64,000 nucleotides of DNA from Desulfobacterales bacterium (GTDB lineage: Bacteria; Desulfobacterota; Desulfobacteria; Desulfobacterales; SpSt-501): positions 3,045 to 67,044 of the forward strand of contig JALOOU010000005.1 of assembly GCA_025454255.1 (NCBI GenBank), read 5' to 3'. How positions within the stretch are numbered: position 1 is the first letter of the stretch; each line of letters starts with the position of its first letter. This document shows positions 47,143 to 57,009 of this stretch, one piece after another. The translations under genes and the position numbers were made by a program. The notes beneath the pieces are model-generated. The model had not been told where the DNA came from. It worked only from the letters and a program-made list of their open reading frames with translations, and made no database searches.

Positions 47143-49712
47143 CGGGAGTCCACGATCAAACGGGGCGAGGTAAGCTGGTGCGGCCGGAGGGCATGGCTGA
47201 AATAGGTCCGGTTGAGCTCATCGGAGGCCTCCGCGGATAGCCGGCTGACGGCTGCGAGCAGCTCCCCCAGGGCCGCATAGCGGCTGCCGTCCCCGCCGGC
47301 CCGACAGAGTTCATCCACATCCGCCAGCAGCAGCCGGTTGACGGCCTCGAGCACGGTTCGGTCCACCCGGTGCAGCCGCTGTTCGGCCGGCTGGCGCGGC
47401 AGCCGCGCCGCCTGGCTCTGAAGCCGCTGGAGCTGGTAGAGCAGGCTGCGGGGGTTGTAGCCGTCCAGCAGGACCTGCTCCAGCATGGTCGGCAATTGCA
47501 TGAAGTTGCGGTAGCGGTGGCGGTAGGTGATGATGTTCTCGGTCGTGGCGAGCACCGCCTCGAACACGAGATGGAAAACCGGCGTCGCGTGCACCGGAAC
47601 GAGGGTCCCCCGCAGGAACTCCGCCAGCACGATGCTGCGCTCGATGCGCCGGCCGATGTCCAGCAGCAGCCAACCCTGCTCCCGGGTCATGCTCTCGCTG
47701 GTCAAGCCCGCAAAGGCCATGAGAGAGATGATGACCTCGTCGAGCAGGCTGCGCAGCCGCCGGATGTGCACCTGCGGTCCGACCCCCAAGGATTCCGCGA
47801 ACCCCTCCAGCCGGTTGATGGACCGCCAGGTGTCGCTCGACCAGAGGTGCCTGACGGCGTGTGCCGCGCGCAGCATGAACCGCAGCGTGGCGAGCAGGTT
47901 GGCCGGCCGCTCCGGCCCGCCCACGCCCGACAGGAGCTCCCGCTCCATGCGCACCCGGAGGGAGTCTGCGCCAGGCGCTGCCGGCGCCTCGGGGGCGGCC
48001 GTCAGGCGGGCCATGGCCCGGAAGAGAATCCGAACGGTTTGGGCATCGGCCGACTCCTGCAGCAGGCTGCTTCGCTGATACCCCCTGGCAATGGTTCGCA
48101 GCAGCCGCGTGATGCCTTCCGCGCGTTCGGCGTAGCGCCCCACCCAGAAGAGATTTTCGGCGATCCGGCTCGGCAGCACCGTCGTGGCCGGGGCGCTCTC
48201 CTGGCTGCGGCCGGGCTCCTGCCAGAGGCTGATGTGCGTCTGCGGCGCTTCGGCGACAATCCACGTGTCCTTGCTGATGCCGCCGCTGCGGGCGGAGAGC
48301 TGCAGCGTGGCGTCGCTCGCAGCGCTGAGCGTCAGCCCGCCGGGGAGCACCGCGTACCCCTGCCGGCCGGCGGCGAGAAAGCAGCGCAGAACCGTCATGT
48401 GCGGCTCGAACCGGCCGCCGCTCCACGCCGGGCAGGTGGCGAAGCGCACGGCCGCCTGCCCCACGAAGGCGTGGGGACGGGCCCGCATTCGGCTCCGCAG
48501 GGCCTCCTGCGCCGCCCGGTCCAGGAGTTGGCCGTGCACGGGAGCCGATCCCGGCCCGTTGGCAAGGCTGCGGACCACCATGTTCTCCAGGTTCGCCTGC
48601 ACGTGATCGAGCGCGACCGGATCCCCGCACCACCAGGTCGGCACCGATGAGAGCCGCAGATCCTCTCCCAGCAGGTGGCGGGCGATCGCCGGCAGGTAGG
48701 CCGGCAAGCCGGGATTCTCCAAAACGGCGCTGCCCACCGGATTGGCGACGCTGACCCCTGCCCGCCGCACGGCGCTCAGGAGCCCCGCCACCCCGGTCGT
48801 CGACTCCTCCTGCAGTTCCAGCGGGTCGCAGAGGCGGTCGTCGACGCGCCGCAGCAGGATGTCGAGCGGCTTGAGGCCGTCGAGCGCCTTGAGCATGACG
48901 CGGCCCTTGCGCACGGTCAGGTCGGCCCCCTGCACCAGCGGGTACCCGAGATAGGCGGCCAGATAGGCGTGCTCGAAGTAGGTGCCGTGGCCGGGCCCGG
49001 GCGTCATCAAAGCCACCCGGGGGGCCGCGCCGGCCTGCGGTGCCGCCGCCTCCAACCCCGCCCGCAACTCCCGGAAGAACGTCGAGAGACGGCGAACCCG
49101 GCAGTCCCGGATGAGGTCCGGCAAGAGCCGGTCCATGACCATCCGGTTTTCGACCGCGTACCCGACGCCCGAGGGGGCCTCGGTCCGGTCCGCAAGCACG
49201 GCGAGCCCCAGCTCGGGGTCGCTGGTCAGGTCGGCGGCATAGAAAAACAGCCGCCGGTTGGCAGCCTCAGGCATCCCGCAGCACGGGCGGCAGAACCTGG
49301 GATCGCCGAAGAGCAGCTCGGGCGGAAGCAGGCCATCTGCGATCAGCTTGCGGGGACCGTACAGATCGGCCAGGATCAGATCGAACAGCCGGGCGCGCTG
49401 GAGCAGACCCGCCTCCAGCAGCTGCCAGGAGCGCTCGTCGTAGATCAGCGGAATGGGGTCGAGGCGCCACGGCCGCCGCGTGTCCTTGGGGTCGCCGTGG
49501 ACGTTGAAGCTCACCCCGTTCTCGGCGAGCAGCCGATCGATCTCCAGCTGCAGCTGCTGGAGCTCCGCCGTGCCCATGGCGTGGATGGCGCTGACATACG
49601 GGAGCCAGTGCGGCCGCACCTGGCCCTCGTGCCACATGGCGTCCCGGCGCCCCTCGGCCGGCCGATAGGCGAGGTCCAGGTGGGAGGCCTGCGAAGATGC
49701 CGATTCGGACAT
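47139..49712 (-). CDS. Fused circularly permuted ATP-grasp + alpha-E protein
   Basis: I prefer the ATG at 49712 (MSESASSQASHLDLAYRP; GAGGAG RBS; 857 aa) over the track start at 49940, which overlaps the upstream gene. The N-terminal half is GVSFNVHGDPKDTRRPWRLDPIPLI and SVANPVGSAVLENPGL. The C-terminal half is RIAENLFWVGRYAERAEGITRLLR (alpha-E signature). Confidence 0.85.
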   Translation of the reverse strand: MSESASSQASHLDLAYRPAEGRRDAMWHEGQVRPHWLPYVSAIHAMGTAELQQLQLEIDRLLAENGVSFNVHGDPKDTRRPWRLDPIPLIYDERSWQLLEAGLLQRARLFDLILADLYGPRKLIADGLLPPELLFGDPRFCRPCCGMPEAANRRLFFYAADLTSDPELGLAVLADRTEAPSGVGYAVENRMVMDRLLPDLIRDCRVRRLSTFFRELRAGLEAAAPQAGAAPRVALMTPGPGHGTYFEHAYLAAYLGYPLVQGADLTVRKGRVMLKALDGLKPLDILLRRVDDRLCDPLELQEESTTGVAGLLSAVRRAGVSVANPVGSAVLENPGLPAYLPAIARHLLGEDLRLSSVPTWWCGDPVALDHVQANLENMVVRSLANGPGSAPVHGQLLDRAAQEALRSRMRARPHAFVGQAAVRFATCPAWSGGRFEPHMTVLRCFLAAGRQGYAVLPGGLTLSAASDATLQLSARSGGISKDTWIVAEAPQTHISLWQEPGRSQESAPATTVLPSRIAENLFWVGRYAERAEGITRLLRTIARGYQRSSLLQESADAQTVRILFRAMARLTAAPEAPAAPGADSLRVRMERELLSGVGGPERPANLLATLRFMLRAAHAVRHLWSSDTWRSINRLEGFAESLGVGPQVHIRRLRSLLDEVIISLMAFAGLTSESMTREQGWLLLDIGRRIERSIVLAEFLRGTLVPVHATPVFHLVFEAVLATTENIITYRHRYRNFMQLPTMLEQVLLDGYNPRSLLYQLQRLQSQAARLPRQPAEQRLHRVDRTVLEAVNRLLLADVDELCRAGGDGSRYAALGELLAAVSRLSAEASDELNRTYFSHALRPHQLTSPRLIVDSR

Positions 49713-49722
49713 GCGAGGCTCC

Positions 49723-52700
49723 TCAGCCCGGCTGCCGACGCAGGTCGAGCGTGCAGGGATACTCCGGGTCCGCTCCGTCCCGCGGCGGGGCCATGGGGCC
49801 GGGGGGGCGGCCCTCGGGGACAAACCGCCCCGGTTCAGTGCGCGGCGGCGGGGGCTGGAATGGGCCGGGGGTGTGCCCGTGGTGTTGGAAGCGGCTGATC
49901 CGCCGGGACTCGGCCTCGTAGGCGTTGACCGGGAAAACATCGTAGCTGCGGCCGCCCGGGTGGCTCACGTGGTAGGTGCAGCCTCCGATCGAGCGGCCGT
50001 TCCAGGTGTCGATAATATCGAAAACGAGCGGCGAATGCACGCCGATCGTCGGGTGCAGCGCCGAGGGCGGCTGCCACGCCCGGTAGCGGACGCCGGCCAC
50101 GTGCTCGCCCCGAACGCCGGTGGGGCGCAGCGGTACGCGGCGGCCGTTGCAGGCGATGACGAAGCGCGGGTCGGTCAGGCCGCAGACCCGCACCTGCAGC
50201 CGCTCGACCGAGGAGTCGACAAACCGTGCGGCCCCCGCCCGCGTCACCTCCTCGCCGAGGACGTGCCAGGGTTCGACCGCCATTCGCAGCTCCAACTCCA
50301 GCTCGCGCACCTGCACCGACCCGTACTTAGGGAAGCGGAACTCGAAAAAGGGGTCCAGCCACGCCAGCTCGAACGGCCGGCCGCCTTGCTGGAGCTCCTC
50401 GACCACCCCGGCCAGGTCGGCGCGCACGTAGTGGGGCAGCATGAAGCGGTCGTGCAGCTCGGTCCCCCAACGGACGAGCCGGTGCCGGTAGGGCTGCGAC
50501 CAGAACCGGGCGATCAGCGCCCGCACCAGAAGCATCTGGACCAGGCTCATCCGATAGTGGGGCGGCATTTCGAAGGCGCGCAGCTCCACCAGGCCGAGCC
50601 GCCGGCCGCCCGGGTCGAGCGGGTAGAGCTTGTCGATTGAAAATTCGGCCCGGTGGGTGTTGCCGGAGGCGTCGATCAGCAGGTTGCGCAGCAGGCGGTC
50701 GGCCATCCAAAAGGCGCCCGTGTCCCCCCGCGGCAGCTCGTCGAAAGCGATCTCGAGCTCGTAGAGCTGGTCGTTGCGCGCCTCGTCCACGCGGGGGGCT
50801 TGGCTGGTGGGCCCGATGAACAGGCCCGAGAAGAGGTAGGAGAGCCCCGGGTGGTGCTGCCAGTAGGTGATCAGGCTGCGCAGCAGCTCCGGCCGCTGCA
50901 GAAAGGGGCTCGCGGCCGGGCTCGGGCCGCCGAGGGTGAGGTGGTTGCCCCCGCCGGTGCCGGAGTGCCGGCCGTCGAGCATGAACTTCTCGGTGCCGAG
51001 CCTCACCTGGCGGGCCTCCCGGTAGAGCGTCGCGACCGTTTGCGAGAGCTCGGGCCAGCTTCCGGAGGGATGCACGTTGACCTCGATCACCCCGGGGTCG
51101 GGCGAGACGCTGAGCCGGCGCAGGCGCGGGTCGTCCGGGGGCGGATAGCCTTCCAGCGCCACCGGCAGCCCGGTCTGCACGGCCGCCTGCTCGACCAGCG
51201 ACAGGAGGGCAAGCCAGGCCTCGAGGCGCTCCGCCGGCGGCAGAAACACAAACAGGCAGCCGTCGCGGGGCTCCACGCAGAGCGCCGTGCGCGCGACCCA
51301 CGCCCCGCCGGAGGCGCCCGGCGCATTCGGCGGCGCGGCGGACGGCAAGCCCGCGTTCAACCGCCCCGCCCCCCGCGGCAAGGGGGGTAAGACCGGCGGG
51401 GGGCCGACCCGCTCCACGATGTCCGCCAGACTCGGCGGCGCAGCGGTCTTTTCGTCAAGGGCGTCTGCGGGCGGCGCCGCTGCCGGCTGAGGAGCCTCGA
51501 CCCTCAGGGAGTCGAGCGGCAGCCGCAGGCCCATCGGGGAGTTGCCCGGCACCAGGTAAAGCTCCCGCCGCCTGAAGTCCCAGGCGCTGCTGCGCCAGCA
51601 GCCGGCACCCTCGTCCCACTGCAGCGGCAGCACCCAGCCGGCCGGCGCGCCCAGCCCGCGTTCGAAAACCTCCGCCAGCTTGCGGCGCTCGATCGGGCTG
51701 GAGGGGTCGAACGCGGCCGGCTCCTCGCCGACCGGCAGAAGGGCCTCCTGCCAGGCGTGGTAGAGCGGGTCCTCGTAGCCGGCGCGGATGAAGTCGGCCG
51801 GTACGCCCAGGCGGCCGGCCAAAACATCGATCAGGCGCCGGCCGTCGTTCACGGCGCCGCCACCGCCGCCGCCCGGCTCCCCCAGCAGGTCCGCTTCGCG
51901 CCACAGAGGCTCGCCGTCCGGACGCCAGAGAATGTCCACCTGCCAGCGGGGCAGAGGCTCCCCGGGATACCACTTGCCCTGGCCGAATTGGCGCACACCG
52001 CCGGGGGCGAATGCCTGCTGCAGCCGCCGGCTCAAGGCCAGCGCCAGGCGGCGCTTGCCGGGCCCGTCGGCCGCCACGTTCCACTCGGCCGAATCCATGT
52101 CGTCGATCGAAACGAAGGTCGGCTCCCCGCCCATGGTGAGCCGCACGCCGCCTTCCCTGAGCTCCGCGTCCACCCGGTGGCCCAGCGCGTCGATGGCGCG
52201 CCACTGCTCCTCCGTGTAGGGCCGGGTCACGCGCGGATCTTCACGGATGCGGCGCACCGAGTTTTCGAAGTCGAGGCGGGATTCGCACCTGCCGGTGGCG
52301 CCCGTCACTGGCGCCGCGCTCTCCGGGCTCGGCGTGCAGGCGAGCGGGATGTGGCCCTCCCCCGCGAAGAGGCCCGAGGTCGGGTCCAGCCCTAGCCAGC
52401 CGGCGCCCGGGACAAAGACTTCGGCCCAGGCGTGCAGGTCGGTGAAGTCGGCCGCGGGCCCCGACGGCCCGTCGAGCGATTTGACGTCCGGCGCCAGCTG
52501 GATCAGATAGCCGGAGACGAAGCGCGCCGCCAACCCTAAATGCCGCAGCATCTGGACCAGCAGCCAGGCCGAGTCCCGGCAGGACCCGGCAGCCGATTTG
52601 AGCGTCTGCTCGCAGCTCTGCACCCCCGGCTCCATGCGGATCATGTAGGCGACCTCCCCGCTCAGCTGGCGGTTGAGCTCGACCAGGAAATCGACGATTC

Positions 52701-53118
52701 TCCGGCGGCTTCGGGCGACCTTCCGGAGCCTCTGCCGCAGGAGTTCGCCGGCCTCCGCCGGAGCCAGGTAGGGCCGCAGCTCCTCGGCGAGCCGCGGCTC
52801 GTAGTCAAACGGGTAGAATTCCGCGCTCTCCTCGAGAAAAAAATCAAAGGGGTTTATGACGGTCAGCGTCGCGACCAGGTCGACCTCGATCGTGAGCGAC
52901 TCGGCCGGCTGCGGGAAGACCGCGCGCGCCAGGAAGTTTCCGAAGGGGTCCTGCTGCCAGTTGACGAAGTGGTTGGAGGGGGTGATTTTCAGCGAATAGG
53001 CGTCGACCGGCGTCCGCGTGTGGGGCGCCGGGCGCAGACGGAACACGTGCGGGTGGATCTGCACCGGCCGGTCGTAGTGGTAGGCGGTGCGGTGGTTCAG
53101 AGCAACCTGAATGCTCAT
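49723..53118 (-). CDS. Large transglutaminase-family protein (Bact_transglu_N + transglutaminase core + DUF2126-like C-terminal region)
   Basis: 1131 aa. The N-terminus is MSIQVALNHRTAYHYDRPVQIHPHVFRLRPAPH. The triad context is AGSCRDSAWLLVQMLRHLGLAARFVSGY ... DLHAWAEVFVPGAGWLGLDPTSG. A long C-terminal extension with a Pro/Ala-rich linker follows. Confidence 0.85.
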   Translation of the reverse strand: MSIQVALNHRTAYHYDRPVQIHPHVFRLRPAPHTRTPVDAYSLKITPSNHFVNWQQDPFGNFLARAVFPQPAESLTIEVDLVATLTVINPFDFFLEESAEFYPFDYEPRLAEELRPYLAPAEAGELLRQRLRKVARSRRRIVDFLVELNRQLSGEVAYMIRMEPGVQSCEQTLKSAAGSCRDSAWLLVQMLRHLGLAARFVSGYLIQLAPDVKSLDGPSGPAADFTDLHAWAEVFVPGAGWLGLDPTSGLFAGEGHIPLACTPSPESAAPVTGATGRCESRLDFENSVRRIREDPRVTRPYTEEQWRAIDALGHRVDAELREGGVRLTMGGEPTFVSIDDMDSAEWNVAADGPGKRRLALALSRRLQQAFAPGGVRQFGQGKWYPGEPLPRWQVDILWRPDGEPLWREADLLGEPGGGGGGAVNDGRRLIDVLAGRLGVPADFIRAGYEDPLYHAWQEALLPVGEEPAAFDPSSPIERRKLAEVFERGLGAPAGWVLPLQWDEGAGCWRSSAWDFRRRELYLVPGNSPMGLRLPLDSLRVEAPQPAAAPPADALDEKTAAPPSLADIVERVGPPPVLPPLPRGAGRLNAGLPSAAPPNAPGASGGAWVARTALCVEPRDGCLFVFLPPAERLEAWLALLSLVEQAAVQTGLPVALEGYPPPDDPRLRRLSVSPDPGVIEVNVHPSGSWPELSQTVATLYREARQVRLGTEKFMLDGRHSGTGGGNHLTLGGPSPAASPFLQRPELLRSLITYWQHHPGLSYLFSGLFIGPTSQAPRVDEARNDQLYELEIAFDELPRGDTGAFWMADRLLRNLLIDASGNTHRAEFSIDKLYPLDPGGRRLGLVELRAFEMPPHYRMSLVQMLLVRALIARFWSQPYRHRLVRWGTELHDRFMLPHYVRADLAGVVEELQQGGRPFELAWLDPFFEFRFPKYGSVQVRELELELRMAVEPWHVLGEEVTRAGAARFVDSSVERLQVRVCGLTDPRFVIACNGRRVPLRPTGVRGEHVAGVRYRAWQPPSALHPTIGVHSPLVFDIIDTWNGRSIGGCTYHVSHPGGRSYDVFPVNAYEAESRRISRFQHHGHTPGPFQPPPPRTEPGRFVPEGRPPGPMAPPRDGADPEYPCTLDLRRQPG

Positions 53119-53291
53119 CGGCGTCGCTCCGTTCAGTCGGTGCGGATTTTGGCCTCCGGGCTGTATTCGAGCGGAAGCGGGCGGGCTCGACTATAGTCGC
53201 AATCAACGGACCGATCAATGCCGGGGAGTGATTTTCAAAAATGCGACCCCCATGGGATGGAGGCGCTTTCCGCCGCCGTCCGCCGCTGCCG

Positions 53292-54767
53292 CTATCGCCA
53301 GACCGACGCCGTATAGCGGTCCACGGGGGCGAACTCGTCGGTGAGCGGCGCACAGCTTTCCTCCGCCGGAGGCTGAACCCAGCGGGCAAGCATGGCGTCC
53401 AGCTGCGGGTCCGATGCGGTAAGGGAGGGCATGCCGGCCGAAGCGAAGGCGGCGATAATGATGTTTTGCGTGTTGGCGCGATCGAGGGGATCGCTCACGG
53501 CGAAGACCAGCACCCTTGGGAACACCGAGGCGTAGGTGGCGTGCAGGGCGCAGAAGAGGCGGCCGCGCTCGCCCGCGAGGGCCGATATCAGGTTGACCAG
53601 AACGACCCCGTTCGGAGCGAGGGATGATTTCATGCGCCGGGCGGCCTCTTGCGTGGCCAGGTGGAAGGGAACGGCATAGTGGGAGTTGAAGGTGTCGCAC
53701 AGGATGGCATCGTAGGGCTTCTGGTTGCGGTTCAGGAAGGTGCGGGCGTCCTCTGCGATGATGCGCTGTCGCGGGTGGTCCTTCAGCCCGAAATGCTCCC
53801 TGGCCAGAGCGACGATCCCGGGATCCAGCTCCACCACGTCGAGGTCGACCCGCGGATAATTTTCCAGGGCGTACTTCGGGAAGGAGAACCCCCCGCCCCC
53901 CAGGACCAGCAGGCGCCGCATCTGCGGCGCGAAATGCTCCACCAGCCGGAAATAGCGCGTGTAGGCCAGCGCCAGCGCTGCGGGCGAATCCAGGTACATG
54001 GCCGACTGCTTGGCGCCGGGCCCGGTGGCCATCACGCGCATGAGCCGGCCCGTTGGACCCTCGGCGGCCGAGTAGACGAGCACCCGGTTGTAGGGGGTGT
54101 CGGTGTCCACGAACCCCTCCGCCGCCAGGCGCCCATCGCCTGCCGCCGCCTGGAAGAGCAGCGCCAGAAAAATCGCGAGGAGAGCCCCCTTGGCGGGGGC
54201 GCCGCTGCGCGCGGCCAGAAAGGAGGCCAGCACCAGGACCGCTGCCATCAGGAGCATGATGTTCGTGCTTCCGATCCAAGCGATGAGCACGAACCCGGCC
54301 AGGAAGGTGCCGACGATGCTGCCGACGGTTGAAATGGCGTAGAGGCTCCCGGCCGTGCGGCCGCTATGGCGCGCGTCGCTCAGCTTCAAGCGCACGGCAA
54401 ACGGCGCCACCATGCCCAGACACAGCGCAGGCGGCGCGAACAGCACGAGCGTCGCCCACACCGCGGCCGTGTGCAGCCCCGCGCCCTGTGCCTGCAGAAA
54501 CCCGAGCACGAAGGGGTTGGTCAGGCCGATGGCCCCCGTTGCCAGCGCCGCCAGCAGGATGATCCTGCCGAGCAGGCGGGCCTCGGGGCGCCGGTCCGCC
54601 AAGCGCCCGCCCCACCAGCACCCCAGGCTGAGGGCGGCCAGGATGATCCCGATCAGGCTGGTCCAAACCACGAGCGAGGTCCCGAGATAGGGGGCCATCA
54701 CGCGCGAGCCCGCAAGCTCGATCACCATGACCACCGCCCCGCAGAGAAAAACCGCAAGTTCCAGCAT
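53292..54767 (-). CDS. Fused membrane-domain / spermidine-synthase-like aminopropyl- or methyltransferase
   Basis: I prefer the ATG at 54767 (MLELAVFLCGAVVMVIELAGSRVMAPYLG; 491 aa). About 7 TM helices come first. A class-I SAM/dcSAM fold follows (LVLGGGGFSFPKY, LDVVELDPGIVALAREHF, YDAILCDTFNS). Confidence 0.75.
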   Translation of the reverse strand: MLELAVFLCGAVVMVIELAGSRVMAPYLGTSLVVWTSLIGIILAALSLGCWWGGRLADRRPEARLLGRIILLAALATGAIGLTNPFVLGFLQAQGAGLHTAAVWATLVLFAPPALCLGMVAPFAVRLKLSDARHSGRTAGSLYAISTVGSIVGTFLAGFVLIAWIGSTNIMLLMAAVLVLASFLAARSGAPAKGALLAIFLALLFQAAAGDGRLAAEGFVDTDTPYNRVLVYSAAEGPTGRLMRVMATGPGAKQSAMYLDSPAALALAYTRYFRLVEHFAPQMRRLLVLGGGGFSFPKYALENYPRVDLDVVELDPGIVALAREHFGLKDHPRQRIIAEDARTFLNRNQKPYDAILCDTFNSHYAVPFHLATQEAARRMKSSLAPNGVVLVNLISALAGERGRLFCALHATYASVFPRVLVFAVSDPLDRANTQNIIIAAFASAGMPSLTASDPQLDAMLARWVQPPAEESCAPLTDEFAPVDRYTASVWR

Positions 54768-54923
54768 GCCGTTGCCCCTGACAGTTTGCTGAGCGGCTGC
54801 CGGCGCATCCACCCGCGGCCGAAACACCGCGCGGATGGGCCGCAACCCGGTTCTGATCGATCGGCGGAAGGTATCCTATTTCGTGCCGGCTTGACAAGGC
54901 CGCTTCAGAAATGAAACCGGCGG

Positions 54924-56603
54924 TCAGGCCGGCCGCTTCACCCCGAATCGGCGCATCCGCTCGATCAGCGTTGTGGGTTTTATCCCCAGAAGGGCGGCCG
55001 CCCCTTTGGCTCCGTATATCCTCCAATTGGAGCGGACCAGGGCTGCCAGCATGTTGCTCTTTCGAATGGCGCTGAGCTCGGCATCGGTCAAGATCGACGC
55101 CTCCGCAACGGCATCGGCCGCGGGCCGGCCCCGATCCGGCGGCGTGACTTCGGCCCCGGTCCGGGGAAGATCCAACCGCAGGCGTCCGTGCGGTGAAAGA
55201 ATCAGGGCGCGTTCGAGAATGTTCTGAAGCTCCCGCACATTGCCGGGCCAGCTGTGGGCCCTGAGGTCCATCAAATTGGCCTCGGTAAACCGGGGGGCCG
55301 GCCGGCTCAACCGCCGGGAGAACACCTCGATGAAGTGCGCCGCCAAAAGAGGGATGTCCTCTTTGCGCGCGCGCAGCGGCATCACCTCGATCGGGAACAC
55401 GTTCAGCCGGTAATAGAGGTCCTCCCGAAACCGGCCGTTCTTGATCTCCTCCACCAGGTTCTTGTTCGTGGCCGCGATGAGCCGCACGTCCACCTTGCGC
55501 GTGCGGCCCTCGCCCACGCGTTCGAACTCCCCTTCCTGGAGCACCCGCAGGAGCTTGCCCTGCAGGCCGGGCGGTATTTCGCCCACTTCATCCAAAAAAA
55601 GCGTGCCGCCGTCGGCCGCCTCGAAGCGGCCCATGCGGTCGCTGGTGGCCCCCGTGAAGGAGCCTTTGACGTGGCCGAAAAATTCGCTCTCGTAGAGCTC
55701 CTTGGCGATAGTGGCGCAGTTGACCTTGATCAACGGGCGGTCGCGGCGCGTGCTCCGGGCGTGGATCTCGCGGGCGATCAGCTCCTTGCCGGTGCCGGAC
55801 TCCCCCAGGATGAGCACATTCGCGCCGGTCGGGGCCACCAGCTCGATGCGCGAGAGGACCGACTTGAGCGACGGGCTCTCGCCGATGATGCTGCCGTAGG
55901 CATGCACCCCGGCAAGCTCCTCCTTCAGGTAGATGTTCTCGGCGTGCAGCCGCTCCTGGAGCTTGCTGATCTCCGCCGTGCGCCGGGCGACCTCCAGCTC
56001 CAGCTCGTCGCGGGACCTCTGCAGGGCCGACTTCTGGAGGTCGCATTCGGATTGCAGATGCTCGCATGCGCCCCGGAGCTCCTCCAGCGCCTGCGCATTT
56101 CGCAAAGCCGCCGCCAGACGCGGCGCCGCGGCCTCAAGGAACAGGCGAAGCCCCGCCGCAATCCCATCGACCCGTTTGGAGCCGACGATCAGGGTCCCCA
56201 CCCTGCGACCCGCCGACGAGAGCGGGATCAGCGCGATGGAGCGGATCTCCCGTGGGACCCGGCCGAAGAACCCGCCCCTGCGCCGGGTCTCTTCGGTCAG
56301 CCGCCGGCAGTAAAAGGTTTTTCCGCCCGGGATGAGGGCCGCCGCCTCGGCCGGGGCGTCGGCGGCCGGCAGATCGAAGGAGGCAATCCCGCTCTCCGAG
56401 CGCACCAGCATCCGGAGCGGTTGGCCCCCGGCTGCCTCCAGCACCAGGGAGACATGGGCGTGCTTGAGAGACTGCTCGAAATGGCGAAGCGCCCCCTCTG
56501 CCGCGGCCGCGACCTCATCGCGGGTGATGGCGCCATCGAGCCTTTTGAGCTCCCTTAGGGTCTTTTGAAAGCTGATCGGCTTCATTGCGGTTCGAACCCT
56601 CAA
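54924..56603 (-). CDS. Sigma-54-dependent transcriptional activator (GAF sensor + AAA+ + Fis-type HTH)
   Basis: 559 aa. The N-terminal region is GAF-like, followed by a coiled coil. Then come [18 protein letters not shown] (Walker A), [15 protein letters not shown] (GAFTGA variant), [13 protein letters not shown] (Walker B) and the C-terminal [24 protein letters not shown]. Confidence 0.9.
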   Translation of the reverse strand: MRVRTAMKPISFQKTLRELKRLDGAITRDEVAAAAEGALRHFEQSLKHAHVSLVLEAAGGQPLRMLVRSESGIASFDLPAADAPAEAAALIPGGKTFYCRRLTEETRRRGGFFGRVPREIRSIALIPLSSAGRRVGTLIVGSKRVDGIAAGLRLFLEAAAPRLAAALRNAQALEELRGACEHLQSECDLQKSALQRSRDELELEVARRTAEISKLQERLHAENIYLKEELAGVHAYGSIIGESPSLKSVLSRIELVAPTGANVLILGESGTGKELIAREIHARSTRRDRPLIKVNCATIAKELYESEFFGHVKGSFTGATSDRMGRFEAADGGTLFLDEVGEIPPGLQGKLLRVLQEGEFERVGEGRTRKVDVRLIAATNKNLVEEIKNGRFREDLYYRLNVFPIEVMPLRARKEDIPLLAAHFIEVFSRRLSRPAPRFTEANLMDLRAHSWPGNVRELQNILERALILSPHGRLRLDLPRTGAEVTPPDRGRPAADAVAEASILTDAELSAIRKSNMLAALVRSNWRIYGAKGAAALLGIKPTTLIERMRRFGVKRPA

Positions 56604-56912
56604 CGCCGTAGAGCCGGATGGCTGGATGGCTGCAGGAGGCCGGCGCCGCGCCTCACCCCTTGGTCGCTGCAGTCCCGCCGTGGCGGCAATCGCCTCCCGA
56701 GACGCAATTCGCGCGCCACGATCTTGGGTTTTTTACAACCTCGTTCGTGCCGGGAACATTTTTGCGAGCCCATCGGTGTTGAGACTGAAAAATAATCAAC
56801 TAAATGAGATTTACAAACAAAAATTTGAGACTCTCAATATTCTGAGGGCCAGGGTTCCACCGACACGAGCCGTATTGGCTGAAAAATTGAAATCTTGCGC
56901 TCCTGAACGGAA

Positions 56913-56928
56913 TGGCATGGCATTTGAT
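56913..56928 (+). promoter_or_regulatory. Imperfect sigma-54-like -24/-12 element upstream of the OsmC gene
   Basis: The sequence is TGGCATGGCATTTGAT. The GG is correctly spaced from TTGA, but the -12 reads GA instead of the conserved GC. It lies about 80 nt upstream of the ATG at 57010 and is divergent from the sigma-54 activator gene. Confidence 0.25.
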
Positions 56929-57009
56929 ACATAATGTGGGCGAGCATCGCGGCGCAACGGCGGCCGCCCGATGCCCAGCGGCCGACTCTATAGACGGAGG
57001 CAAGGACTC

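Noticed and set aside
55254-56558. 434-aa plus-strand ORF
   Set aside because: It lies antisense to the sigma-54 activator, which has Walker A/B and GAFTGA-type motifs.
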